Virus record (IMG/VR): IMGVR_UViG_3300028601_000022
Coordinates: 1-64,000 of that record
Direction: 5' to 3' (one strand)
Source: a virus
Lineage: Duplodnaviria > Caudoviricetes
Length of the DNA stretch: 64,000 bases
The notes under the pieces were generated by a model. The model was not told the DNA's origin and did no database searches. It saw only the letters and a program-made list of their open reading frames with translations. Position 1 is the stretch's first letter; each line of letters begins with the position of its first letter. A program made the position numbers and the translations under genes. Below, piece after piece: positions 27,053-35,901 of this stretch.

Positions 27053-30000
27053 CTAGCCAACCCGAATTTTCAGGTGTTCCCAAGCATCGGTTTTGACCTG
27101 GTCAATGTTAGCAATCGGGCTAACCTTCATGACGGCCCTAAACTTCGCCCTCAGCGCCGCCAGAGTAGGCGCTGAATAGATGTAGTAGCCTTTCTTTCTC
27201 TTGAACATGAAGGTCGTGAGAGTAATGCCCGGATGCTTATCAACATCTGCAACAAAGAACAGGTTAGTTCCAACAACCAAGGGGTACAGGCGCAGTGTGC
27301 CAACGCGTGCCTTCTTCCTGTTTTTAAGCAGGAAGGATTTGAGTCCCTCTTCAGGGAAGGCCGTCTTGTACACACCACGCTTGAACTCGGAAAGTACCTG
27401 CTGAATGTTTGTAGCACAGTCCTTCGGCAGCCTGTACTTGTCGGTGATGTTCTCAATCATCCTCTTGGCGCGATTCAAGCTGGTTACACGGAAAGACCAG
27501 TACTTGCCAGACCAAAGGAACCCGAGGTCTTCAAGTTCCTCATTCCCTTCAGCAGTGAAGGACACCAGTGAGGGTATGTTGTTATAGCTGGCTACCTGCA
27601 CGGGCAAACCGCTATCTGCATCCTCATGAGTAACGGAAGCTTTGCCGGCCTTATCCATCTTCACGGATACTTTGACTGGCTTACTGGAAGACCGGCTTGC
27701 CCTGCCCTTCTTGGGAGTTTTCTCCTCAGGGGTAAAGAAGTCAAAATCATCGTCAAGGTAGGCATCAAGGGCATCCGCTGCCTTGGTTTCCTTAACAGCA
27801 CCACCTGCGTCCTTAACAGGAACCTTAGGTGTCTTGGGAGCCTTCTTCACGACTTCCTTTTCAACCTTAGGCGTCTTGGTGCTTGTATTAAGGTTATCCT
27901 TGCCAGCCTTTGGCTTCTTGACGCTAGGCGAGGTTGCCTTGGTTTCTTTCGCCGGGTCTATGATACCAGTCTCGCCGCCGCGTATGCGGTCAGCGTAGTC
28001 CATCCAAGTACCTAGCGGCAGGTCTTTGAAGAACTTCGTCTTAACCGCAAGTTCGTTACCGTCGTATCGAAGTATGCAGCGGTTCTCGCCAGTGGTCTTA
28101 GACTGCTGGCGTGCATATTTGACACCAACCGACCTGAGGTAGCCCTTAATGTCGCGGGGCTCTCTGGAGTCTGTAGGCCACTGGCCAGGGTCTGTATTGA
28201 CCGGTGCCTTCTTCAGTGCTTTCGCATTCTGCTTCTTAATGCGGTCTGCAATCTTCTGCGCCAGTGTTTCCTTGCGGGAAATGCCAGTACGTATTTCCTT
28301 ACGGGTGAGACCCCTTGCAACCGATCCTATCTTATGCAGAACGAGGGCAGGCTTGGCACTTACATTGGTGCCGCTATTGAGGCGAACAAGAACCGAGCCC
28401 TTACGCACGCTGTAAATACGTCCTTCACCCTGCTCCACACGAACACGAATACCCATAAGGTCTGCTTCGTAGGAAGTAAGGTCAACGGAATCCGTATCAA
28501 CTTCGTCGTCTTCGTCCTCATCCGTGTCCACACCAAGCGTATCCAGATAAGTGAGAAGGGGTTCTTCATCATCCTTCGCCGGGAGAACCATGCCCTTAAT
28601 CCAGGGCACCTGAATTTCTTCAGTACCGATGTTGCTCTTTGCATGCTTCACAGGACGGAACTTGAGGTCACCCTTCTTAAGGGCAGTATCAATCTCTTCC
28701 TGATTCCAGGCATTATATTGGTCAATCTTGTCGAGCAAGTCATTGCCATTGATGATTGGGTCAGTAAACTTGGCCGACAGGGCATCCTCAGAGAACGGAA
28801 CCCGACGGGGCGTATCAACAGGGCAGCCCTCCATAATAATGGAGTTAAGCACCTTCTTGTAGGACTGGAAAGCATACTTGACGCAGTCCGCAGAGTCGTC
28901 CGCGATAACGGTGTCAATGTAAACAGTCTTGCCCTCGTTGAGGTTAACCACCTCGCCGTTTTTGATTTTGACGTGCGGGCGAAAGATACGAGCCTCAAGC
29001 TGCTTCAAAGCGCCAGGTGTCCAGTCAACGTCTGCCGTAATGATACGGTTGGCAACCTGGAGATTCAGGCCTTCCTTGATGCTCTGACCAACGGCAAACA
29101 GAACCTTCAGATTGGACTTCGGGTCCTGGAACTTTGCAATGAGGTCTTTGCGCGAGGCGTCGTAGTAGGCCGCAATGTTCTTGTGTTTAGAGTTAGCCAG
29201 CAGGTGCCGAGCGCCGGACTTGTAATGGACGGCAACAATAACCTTATTGTCGCCAGGCATCTTCAAGGACTTGTCGATAAGCCGGTCTATTTCTGCAATC
29301 TTCGGCGAAACGCCACCGGCCTTTGCATACTTCAAAAGGCGTGAGCTATCAGGCGCCGTAAGGAATATTTCAAGGCGCGCAAGCTTACCAAGCAGCTGGG
29401 TAGGAACGGTTTCAAGGGAGTCGCCTTCATCCTGCATAGCCTGCCAGGCTTTAGCAAGTTTCGGGTCACTCTTAATCTCGTCCATTACCTCAGTTACCAG
29501 CATCTTGTAGACTTTGGCCTGCTCAGGGGTCTGTTCGACACGGCTGAAGGAATACACCTTCTTAGGGAGCAGGGGAGCCCAGTCCTTTTCGCGGAACATA
29601 ATGTAAGAAGAACCAGAACGCAACCTGGCACGAATTTCTTCTGCCATGTTTGCCTTGGGGCCCTTCTTCGGGTTGCCGTCCACGTAGTACCGCTTTTCAA
29701 ATTCAGCACGGGTGCCGACGAGGAGCGGGTCGAGGAACATAAGCTGACCCACAATGTCTTCAGGCTTATTGCTGATAAGGGTACCTGTTGCAATGCGCTT
29801 CCGACGCACGCCACGCGAAACGGCTTGGACAGCCTTAAAGGCTTCCGACTTCATGTTCTTGATATTCTGACTTTCATCAACCGCAACATAGTCAGGGTTG
29901 ATATTCTGCTTCACCCAGTCCGTGGCTTCATAGGTCTTTACCACGTTACCGTCAAGGTCGTAGTCGTCAACGCTGCCGCCCTTTGTAAGCCAGGAGAACG

Positions 30001-31672
30001 AGGTAACGAATATCGTGTTCGCAGGAGCATTGCGCACCCTGCTAGCGAGGTCGTCAAGGTCGTTCCCTTTTTCAACGCTGGTGGTCAGCGCAAAGCCGTT
30101 CACCTGGTTATCTGTAAAGAACGCAATTTCCGAAAGGAATTGGCTAACCAGGGAGTTAGGCATGATAATCAAAGGACGGCGGATGCGCCCGTCATTGAGC
30201 AAGTTCAGGCAATCCTGAATAAGGATACCAGCCTTACCGCCGCCAGTGCCTACGTCAAGAACCGCAGAGTCCTCCGCAACGTCAAGCTGCGAAAGAGCAA
30301 TAGCCTGGTGCGGGAACTGGATAGCGTCCTTGCGCATATTCGGGATTGCAGGAGCATCGTCAGGAGTTCGGCTGTCAAACTTGGTTTTCTTTGCGTTGAC
30401 TTCCTTGGCAATGCCCTTTGCATCCTTACGAAGGGCGCGAAGGGTGTGAACAAGGCCCATGAAAGTCATCCAGTTGGAGAGCTTTATGTTCCCATAGCGC
30501 GAATGACCGTATTCAATGCAGGCATCAATGAACTTGAGGAACTTGGGGTGACCGACAAACTCGGTAAGGTCAACGTCTCGTCCCAACTCCATATAGAAGG
30601 CATCCATCATGACTGCCAGCTCGTCGCTGTATGAGATAGGCAGGTAGGAGGAAAGGCCGCCTGCACCGCTGTCAAAGAAGAATGTGATTTTCTTGTTGAG
30701 CAGGCTCAACTTGATTTTGTTGTCGGGAGGAACCAGGCCAGCAATGCTGTAGGAGCACAGGCCACCCTGCATATCCGTACACACCAGAGTGTTGGTGTCG
30801 GCATCGGGGAACAGAATCACATTCTTAGGAAGGTGAAGTGACCTGCCCTTTGCAACTGCCAACTTCCCGGAGAGCGCATCCCGAATCTGCTGGACAGCGG
30901 TAGCCTGTTCTTCCCTTTCCATGTCGGGTATGTATGAAATGCGACCCGACGGACTGACGTAGGAGCCAGGCTTGAAGCTGTTTGTGAAAGAAATCTTCTT
31001 GGAGAAGAAGGGAGGAACAGGGCGGTCATTTACCAGGTTGTGGTATATGTTGGACAGTACCAGGTCAGCACCGGTGTCCTTTGCCTTCAAGGAATTGAGA
31101 GCAGCCTTGAAGCGGCTAGGGTCAGCCTTGATTGCAAAGTAAGCGGATACCTGGGGGTAGTCATGCTGGTCAAGGAAGTAGACCAGGTTGAGGTCAACTA
31201 TCTTGCCCTGAATAACGCTTACGCTAGCCGGCTTGCTCAGGTCAATAGCCATCAAAAATGGCCGGATACCGTCGCCTACATCGGACGCGATAACTGGCTT
31301 GTTGGTGGCATAGTCACGGTAGATAATGCCACTTGCATATAGCAGGTAGCCGAAGGTGTACTTTTTCGGATTGAGAAGGTCTATATCAACACCGTTCCAC
31401 TCCGACAGAAGCGAAAGGGTAGGGAGGCTCTTCTCTTTGCGCGCGTAGAAGTCCCGAAGGATAGCGCTTCGCGTCAAGAGCCTCTTTGTATCGGTAATGC
31501 TGCGCCGACGACCACCGCGAGCCTTTGAGGGAACAGGGGTATCTGCCTGGCTCACGAACATCTTCGTGGTCAGGAAGTCCTCTATCTTGGTAATGTCAGC
31601 CTGAATAGTAGCCTGCAAGGAGTCTTGAATCTTCTCCTTTGCCGCTACTAATTGGGTCGTAAATATATTCAT
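27053..31672 (-). CDS. Large SNF2-family helicase/ATPase, probable virion-packaged protein
   Basis: Q-motif FPHQ, Walker A GTGGGK, VDESQ, ATGT, EGLNLQ.AN, WTP...QLEARIFR. Confidence 0.88.
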   Translation of the reverse strand: MNIFTTQLVAAKEKIQDSLQATIQADITKIEDFLTTKMFVSQADTPVPSKARGGRRRSITDTKRLLTRSAILRDFYARKEKSLPTLSLLSEWNGVDIDLLNPKKYTFGYLLYASGIIYRDYATNKPVIASDVGDGIRPFLMAIDLSKPASVSVIQGKIVDLNLVYFLDQHDYPQVSAYFAIKADPSRFKAALNSLKAKDTGADLVLSNIYHNLVNDRPVPPFFSKKISFTNSFKPGSYVSPSGRISYIPDMEREEQATAVQQIRDALSGKLAVAKGRSLHLPKNVILFPDADTNTLVCTDMQGGLCSYSIAGLVPPDNKIKLSLLNKKITFFFDSGAGGLSSYLPISYSDELAVMMDAFYMELGRDVDLTEFVGHPKFLKFIDACIEYGHSRYGNIKLSNWMTFMGLVHTLRALRKDAKGIAKEVNAKKTKFDSRTPDDAPAIPNMRKDAIQFPHQAIALSQLDVAEDSAVLDVGTGGGKAGILIQDCLNLLNDGRIRRPLIIMPNSLVSQFLSEIAFFTDNQVNGFALTTSVEKGNDLDDLASRVRNAPANTIFVTSFSWLTKGGSVDDYDLDGNVVKTYEATDWVKQNINPDYVAVDESQNIKNMKSEAFKAVQAVSRGVRRKRIATGTLISNKPEDIVGQLMFLDPLLVGTRAEFEKRYYVDGNPKKGPKANMAEEIRARLRSGSSYIMFREKDWAPLLPKKVYSFSRVEQTPEQAKVYKMLVTEVMDEIKSDPKLAKAWQAMQDEGDSLETVPTQLLGKLARLEIFLTAPDSSRLLKYAKAGGVSPKIAEIDRLIDKSLKMPGDNKVIVAVHYKSGARHLLANSKHKNIAAYYDASRKDLIAKFQDPKSNLKVLFAVGQSIKEGLNLQVANRIITADVDWTPGALKQLEARIFRPHVKIKNGEVVNLNEGKTVYIDTVIADDSADCVKYAFQSYKKVLNSIIMEGCPVDTPRRVPFSEDALSAKFTDPIINGNDLLDKIDQYNAWNQEEIDTALKKGDLKFRPVKHAKSNIGTEEIQVPWIKGMVLPAKDDEEPLLTYLDTLGVDTDEDEDDEVDTDSVDLTSYEADLMGIRVRVEQGEGRIYSVRKGSVLVRLNSGTNVSAKPALVLHKIGSVARGLTRKEIRTGISRKETLAQKIADRIKKQNAKALKKAPVNTDPGQWPTDSREPRDIKGYLRSVGVKYARQQSKTTGENRCILRYDGNELAVKTKFFKDLPLGTWMDYADRIRGGETGIIDPAKETKATSPSVKKPKAGKDNLNTSTKTPKVEKEVVKKAPKTPKVPVKDAGGAVKETKAADALDAYLDDDFDFFTPEEKTPKKGRASRSSSKPVKVSVKMDKAGKASVTHEDADSGLPVQVASYNNIPSLVSFTAEGNEELEDLGFLWSGKYWSFRVTSLNRAKRMIENITDKYRLPKDCATNIQQVLSEFKRGVYKTAFPEEGLKSFLLKNRKKARVGTLRLYPLVVGTNLFFVADVDKHPGITLTTFMFKRKKGYYIYSAPTLAALRAKFRAVMKVSPIANIDQVKTDAWEHLKIRVG

Positions 31673-31675
31673 CCC

Positions 31676-32182
31676 CTAGTCCTCCATGCGGGTAATTTTG
31701 TCCTCAAACAGCGCCTGGGGATTGGATACGAGGGCGTTGAGGTCGCTGGGGCAGAAGGATTCTTTGGACGGGAGGCTGTTGTAGGTAGCTACTACCTCCT
31801 TCAAAAGACACACAGCATACAAGGGCGGCTCAAGACCGCGGATGTATGAGGCATCAATCGCAAAGAACATCTTATTCTTTAACGAATTTTCGATGTGCTG
31901 TTTTGCATCTGCCAACCATTCCACAGGAAGGGGAAATTCCGAGTCCGGAATATAGTACCTGCCATATGCAACAGGGAAGCTCTTGCTCACCGCAGCAACA
32001 AACTCTTCCCTTGAATAGTTCTTCGGGTCAAGGCCAATAGCGCGGGCAATGCCCAAATCACTAAGGGTAATCGGGGTAGTTTTCCCATCGCTGGGTGTGA
32101 AACAGTGGAAGGTCAGGGACACCATGTTGTCCACAACCTCTTTCAACTGCACGGAGTCGTCTGTAAAGTATTTTTCAATCAT
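31676..32182 (-). CDS. Hypothetical protein
   Basis: Tightly coupled in head operon. Confidence 0.65.
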   Translation of the reverse strand: MIEKYFTDDSVQLKEVVDNMVSLTFHCFTPSDGKTTPITLSDLGIARAIGLDPKNYSREEFVAAVSKSFPVAYGRYYIPDSEFPLPVEWLADAKQHIENSLKNKMFFAIDASYIRGLEPPLYAVCLLKEVVATYNSLPSKESFCPSDLNALVSNPQALFEDKITRMED

Positions 32183-32404
32183 TTAGTCCCCCGTTACCTT
32201 AATAGGAACTACTACCCTGTCCCGGTTGCAGTACATCACCTTACGGGTTTTGGAAGCAAGGAATACTTCGCCCATAAGATTACCGCAACGCGGGCACTTG
32301 TGATTACGAATGTTTTCCAGGCTACTGCGCATCGTGAGAGAACCAGCATTGGATGCACCGGCAGTAAGGAGAGCCTTTTCCCAGGGATTCTTCGTTTTAG
32401 CCAT
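32183..32404 (-). CDS. Small Zn-ribbon protein
   Basis: AAGGAG RBS; CPRC...YC; ALLTA|G. Confidence 0.65.
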   Translation of the reverse strand: MAKTKNPWEKALLTAGASNAGSLTMRSSLENIRNHKCPRCGNLMGEVFLASKTRKVMYCNRDRVVVPIKVTGD

Positions 32405-32414
32405 TGTGGTCTCC

Positions 32415-33185
32415 TTATGTAAGGTCACGGATAAGAGATTTCCAGTACTTGATAAGACCGGTTTTCACTTTGTCACGGTTGCCCTTACTAGCCGGAATGC
32501 CAAGAAGCATTTCCGCATATGCAGCAGTCAGGGTATTGCGCAGAAGCAGAACCGGGCGGTTCAGTTCTTTATCAAACTGGACAATGACGTCGGTATTGGT
32601 CTTGACCGGACGGATATACCTTCCCGCTTTACGCTGGAAGTTGCTCTTGACCATAAAGGCACGAAACTCCTTGGAGTCAAATTCAATGCCCTTTTCCAAG
32701 ACCATAACGCGCTTTGAGGTTACCACAAGAGAACCGGGTTTCGGTTCATCAATAGAGGCAAATGTCTCCTTGAGGAACTTAGAAACGATGCCCTTTCGCG
32801 CGCCCTTGCTAAGGAGTGAATCAATAGCATTAAGCTGGGCTACGCGGGCATTTTCAGTCCGGTCTTCAATCCTTTCCTTCGTTTCCTGTGTAACGGTGGC
32901 TGCATTCGCATCAAAGGGCTGCACTTTCCTTTTCAGGCAGTAGTTAACCCAAATAGCAACACAGCAGGCCCATTGCCGCTCCGGTTCCTTCTTGTATCGG
33001 CCCCACACAGACGCATACTTGGTAACAAAGGCTTTCCAATACTTGTCATGTGCCTTAGGGTTTATACCTTCAGGGGGAACCTTCAAAGAAGGAACCGGTG
33101 CCTTGGCTTTTGCAGCAGTGAGGATACTGACTCGGCCAAGGGCAGCAATAAGGTCCGTAAAGCTAACACCAGCAGGAAGTTTCAT
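32415..33185 (-). CDS. Basic hypothetical head-module protein
   Basis: AGGAGG RBS; ILTA|A. Confidence 0.7.
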   Translation of the reverse strand: MKLPAGVSFTDLIAALGRVSILTAAKAKAPVPSLKVPPEGINPKAHDKYWKAFVTKYASVWGRYKKEPERQWACCVAIWVNYCLKRKVQPFDANAATVTQETKERIEDRTENARVAQLNAIDSLLSKGARKGIVSKFLKETFASIDEPKPGSLVVTSKRVMVLEKGIEFDSKEFRAFMVKSNFQRKAGRYIRPVKTNTDVIVQFDKELNRPVLLLRNTLTAAYAEMLLGIPASKGNRDKVKTGLIKYWKSLIRDLT

Positions 33186-33203
33186 ATGCACCTCCTGAGG
33201 ATG

Positions 33204-34004
33204 TTATTTCAAGGACTTGAGGGCCTTCACGTATTCAGGGCCGTAGCATTCAGCCAGGAATTCAAGGATGTCTTCACGGGAGGTGCTGCCATCAAGGGCG
33301 GCGGCTTCGATGATGTTGACGATGGAAGCGGCCGGAAGATAGGCGCTGGCCTTATGGCCACCTTCTTCGATGGTGATGCCAACGGAACTTCCGGTAATGT
33401 CGGTAACTTTGGCAACGTCAATGTAGGGCTTGATGCCGTCTTCTGTTTGCTCGGTAGCAAAGAACAGAACGGTATCGCCAGGGTGCGCGGTCAGCACAAA
33501 GCCGTCAGGCTGAACGCGGGCTTCCTGGGCAACGGAAGCGGTGAGAGCAATGCCCATCACTTCTTCCAGGTCATCATCATTGGCACGCATGAGGTACTGC
33601 TTGCCACCGATTTCCTTGCGTTCCCACACGTTCTGCATTTCCACATCCAGATAGGTGGACGCGGTGATGGCCTGGCATTTCGCCATGTTGGCTTCATCGG
33701 CCGGGCGAACGTGATGGCTGCAACGGTAACCGTGTACCGAAGCAAAGATAAGGTTGGGATGCGCTTCGCTCTGCAGGGGCGTAAACGAAGGGGCAAAGGG
33801 GATGACCTTGTTGTGCAGGTTTTCGTGAATAGCGGAAACGGCGTCAGCAGCCGTGAAGGGAACCAAAGAAGCCACGATAATACGGGCTGTAACCTTGCCG
33901 CAGGGAGTAGCAGCCGCTACCCAGCAGGTGCGGGGCTTGGAGCCGCTCTGATTGCGGAGAGCAGCGCCCATCTTGTCCAGAATGGTATCAGCAACCTTTT
34001 TCAT
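33204..34004 (-). CDS. Hypothetical head-module protein
   Basis: AGGAG RBS before ATG 34004; ALTA|S. Confidence 0.7.
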   Translation of the reverse strand: MKKVADTILDKMGAALRNQSGSKPRTCWVAAATPCGKVTARIIVASLVPFTAADAVSAIHENLHNKVIPFAPSFTPLQSEAHPNLIFASVHGYRCSHHVRPADEANMAKCQAITASTYLDVEMQNVWERKEIGGKQYLMRANDDDLEEVMGIALTASVAQEARVQPDGFVLTAHPGDTVLFFATEQTEDGIKPYIDVAKVTDITGSSVGITIEEGGHKASAYLPAASIVNIIEAAALDGSTSREDILEFLAECYGPEYVKALKSLK

Positions 34005-34041
34005 GTGTATCTCCTGAAAGTTTGAATGCGTGTGCGGAAGC

Positions 34042-34650
34042 CTAGGCCAAGGACTTTTTGAGCAAGCCATCAATGTACTTCTGCAGGACCTTGGTGCGGG
34101 AATCGTACTGGTCAGCACCAATGCTGGCAAGGAGAGCCGCCGGTATGGTGAGGGTAAGGTCAACAGAAACAGACGGCTTCGTTGCAGTGGGCATGGTCAC
34201 ATTGTAGGTAACCAGGTCCCTGTATTCCTTGCGGAGTTCAAGGGAGAACGCGCCGGACATTTCCGAGTAGTCGTCACGGGCTTCCGTTTCAAACGGAATA
34301 TGCACATCCACGCTGGCCGAGCCATCGCGCTCAAAGAACATATTGGTGATAGAGGCTTTGCCCTGCGTAAGGGCGTTGCCCAGGTTGAAGTTCGCCATTT
34401 CCACAAGGCTCTGGACTTCGCGCACGGCAAGACCGAGATAGTAGGCCTGCTTGTCAGGCTCCATCGTTTCAATGCCGCTGGTCTGAAGCTCTTTGGATTC
34501 GGCGTCTTCCGCCTTTGTTACGCTTTCAACAATAGAAGAGGCGACCAAGGCCGCAATATACGACCGCTTTCGCGCCGGCTTCTTGGTTTTCTTTTCGCTT
34601 CCCGTAAGCGCGGCCTTTACGTTAGCCGAGATAATGGACTGTACACTCAT
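34042..34650 (-). CDS. Hypothetical head-module protein
   Basis: GAGG RBS; IISA, LVA|S. Confidence 0.7.
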   Translation of the reverse strand: MSVQSIISANVKAALTGSEKKTKKPARKRSYIAALVASSIVESVTKAEDAESKELQTSGIETMEPDKQAYYLGLAVREVQSLVEMANFNLGNALTQGKASITNMFFERDGSASVDVHIPFETEARDDYSEMSGAFSLELRKEYRDLVTYNVTMPTATKPSVSVDLTLTIPAALLASIGADQYDSRTKVLQKYIDGLLKKSLA

Positions 34651-34701
34651 AGCAACCTCGATATTATCGGTTATAGGCAAGTGTTTATGCCATGCAAAAC
34701 T

Positions 34702-35307
34702 TTAGGATCGGGCAAACTTGATAATAGACTTCTTCATTCTCCCCCGCATGCCTGTAATTTTCCCTTCAAGGGAGGCGCCGTACTTTCGATAGGCTTCTGT
34801 CATTGCCTTTTCGAGCCGTTTGTACTTCTTTTCATCATCACCAGCATGCTTTTCGAGGGAGTCCTTGATGTGCGAACCGAGGTCAAGGAGAGACCGGTCT
34901 AAGAAGGGCTTCATTACCTCCTCGAAAAGGGAGTCGGCAAGCTCCTCATAATCAAAGGCATCTTCAATTGCCTTTGTGAGGTTCTGAATATCAGAAACCA
35001 ACCGAGTCAGCGCATACACGTTGCTCGGGCACGGTTTGGCTTTGAATGCACCTCGTGCCGTAGCCAGCGTTGCAATCAATACCTTGCGCATGGCTTTCAG
35101 CAGGTCCAGGTTGGTAACGACATCGTCCATCGCAAGGTCGGAGAGCTTGTCGAGTGCCTCTGCATACTCGGTACTCAATTTCTCCCTGTCGCCCTTCTTT
35201 TCAAAGCGGTTCTTGCCAAGCCGCTTCTTTTTCTTTTTGCCAGGTTCCCCTTCCTCGTAGTAAGAAGGTGGAATAGAGGATTCAAAGTCAATCTTTCTTG
35301 CAGCCAT
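34702..35307 (-). CDS. Helical protein, possible terminase small subunit
   Basis: GGAGG RBS; NVYALTRLVSDIQ helix pattern; function tentative. Confidence 0.45.
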   Translation of the reverse strand: MAARKIDFESSIPPSYYEEGEPGKKKKKRLGKNRFEKKGDREKLSTEYAEALDKLSDLAMDDVVTNLDLLKAMRKVLIATLATARGAFKAKPCPSNVYALTRLVSDIQNLTKAIEDAFDYEELADSLFEEVMKPFLDRSLLDLGSHIKDSLEKHAGDDEKKYKRLEKAMTEAYRKYGASLEGKITGMRGRMKKSIIKFARS

Positions 35308-35350
35308 ACATTCCCTCCCTGAGAGTATATGCTCGGATTCGTAGGGCCAG

Positions 35351-35443
35351 TTAGGGCTTCACAAGAGCAACAGCCTTATGCAGGTCTTCAATGGAAGCTG
35401 CCTTGGCATCCGAAGAAACCACTTTTACTGTAACAACTTTCAT
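35351..35443 (-). CDS. 30-aa micro-protein consisting of the shared leader (MKVVTVKVVSSDA...)
   Basis: AGGGA RBS; leader motif. Confidence 0.45.
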   Translation of the reverse strand: MKVVTVKVVSSDAKAASIEDLHKAVALVKP

Positions 35444-35450
35444 GAGGTCC

Positions 35451-35729
35451 CTACTTGCCGATGCGCTCTTTCTTCGGCGCATGCTTGATATTGGAGAAGC
35501 CGCCCTTCTTGCCTTTCTTGTCGGTACGGGCACCCAAGGACTTCGAGAGCTTGTTAAGGGCGGAGGTCGCCTCTTCAACAAGGGCCAGGGCTTCTTTGGA
35601 CTTGGCCTTTTTCAGCTTAGGGCTGACACGGGTATAGGCCTTGAAAAAAGCCGACACAGTATCGTTGGCCTTTGCAGTAAGGTCTACCGAATCCACAGAA
35701 GCAACCACGGTAACAGAAACGGTTTTCAT
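35451..35729 (-). CDS. Basic putative internal head protein (leader MKTVSVTVVA|S)
   Basis: AAGGAG RBS before ATG 35729. Confidence 0.65.
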   Translation of the reverse strand: MKTVSVTVVASVDSVDLTAKANDTVSAFFKAYTRVSPKLKKAKSKEALALVEEATSALNKLSKSLGARTDKKGKKGGFSNIKHAPKKERIGK

Positions 35730-35901
35730 AAGGTCTCCTTTTGGTACGCAAGGATATGACGTAAAACTTTCATAACCCATGAATGCGAACATGATACTCA
35801 AATCTTTTACAACCTTAGCCCTTTCTGAAAAGTTTTGCTATAGATAACAGGTTATATGTCCTGTTTATACCTTGTCGGCTACTACTCCAGGAGGATTATA
35901 T

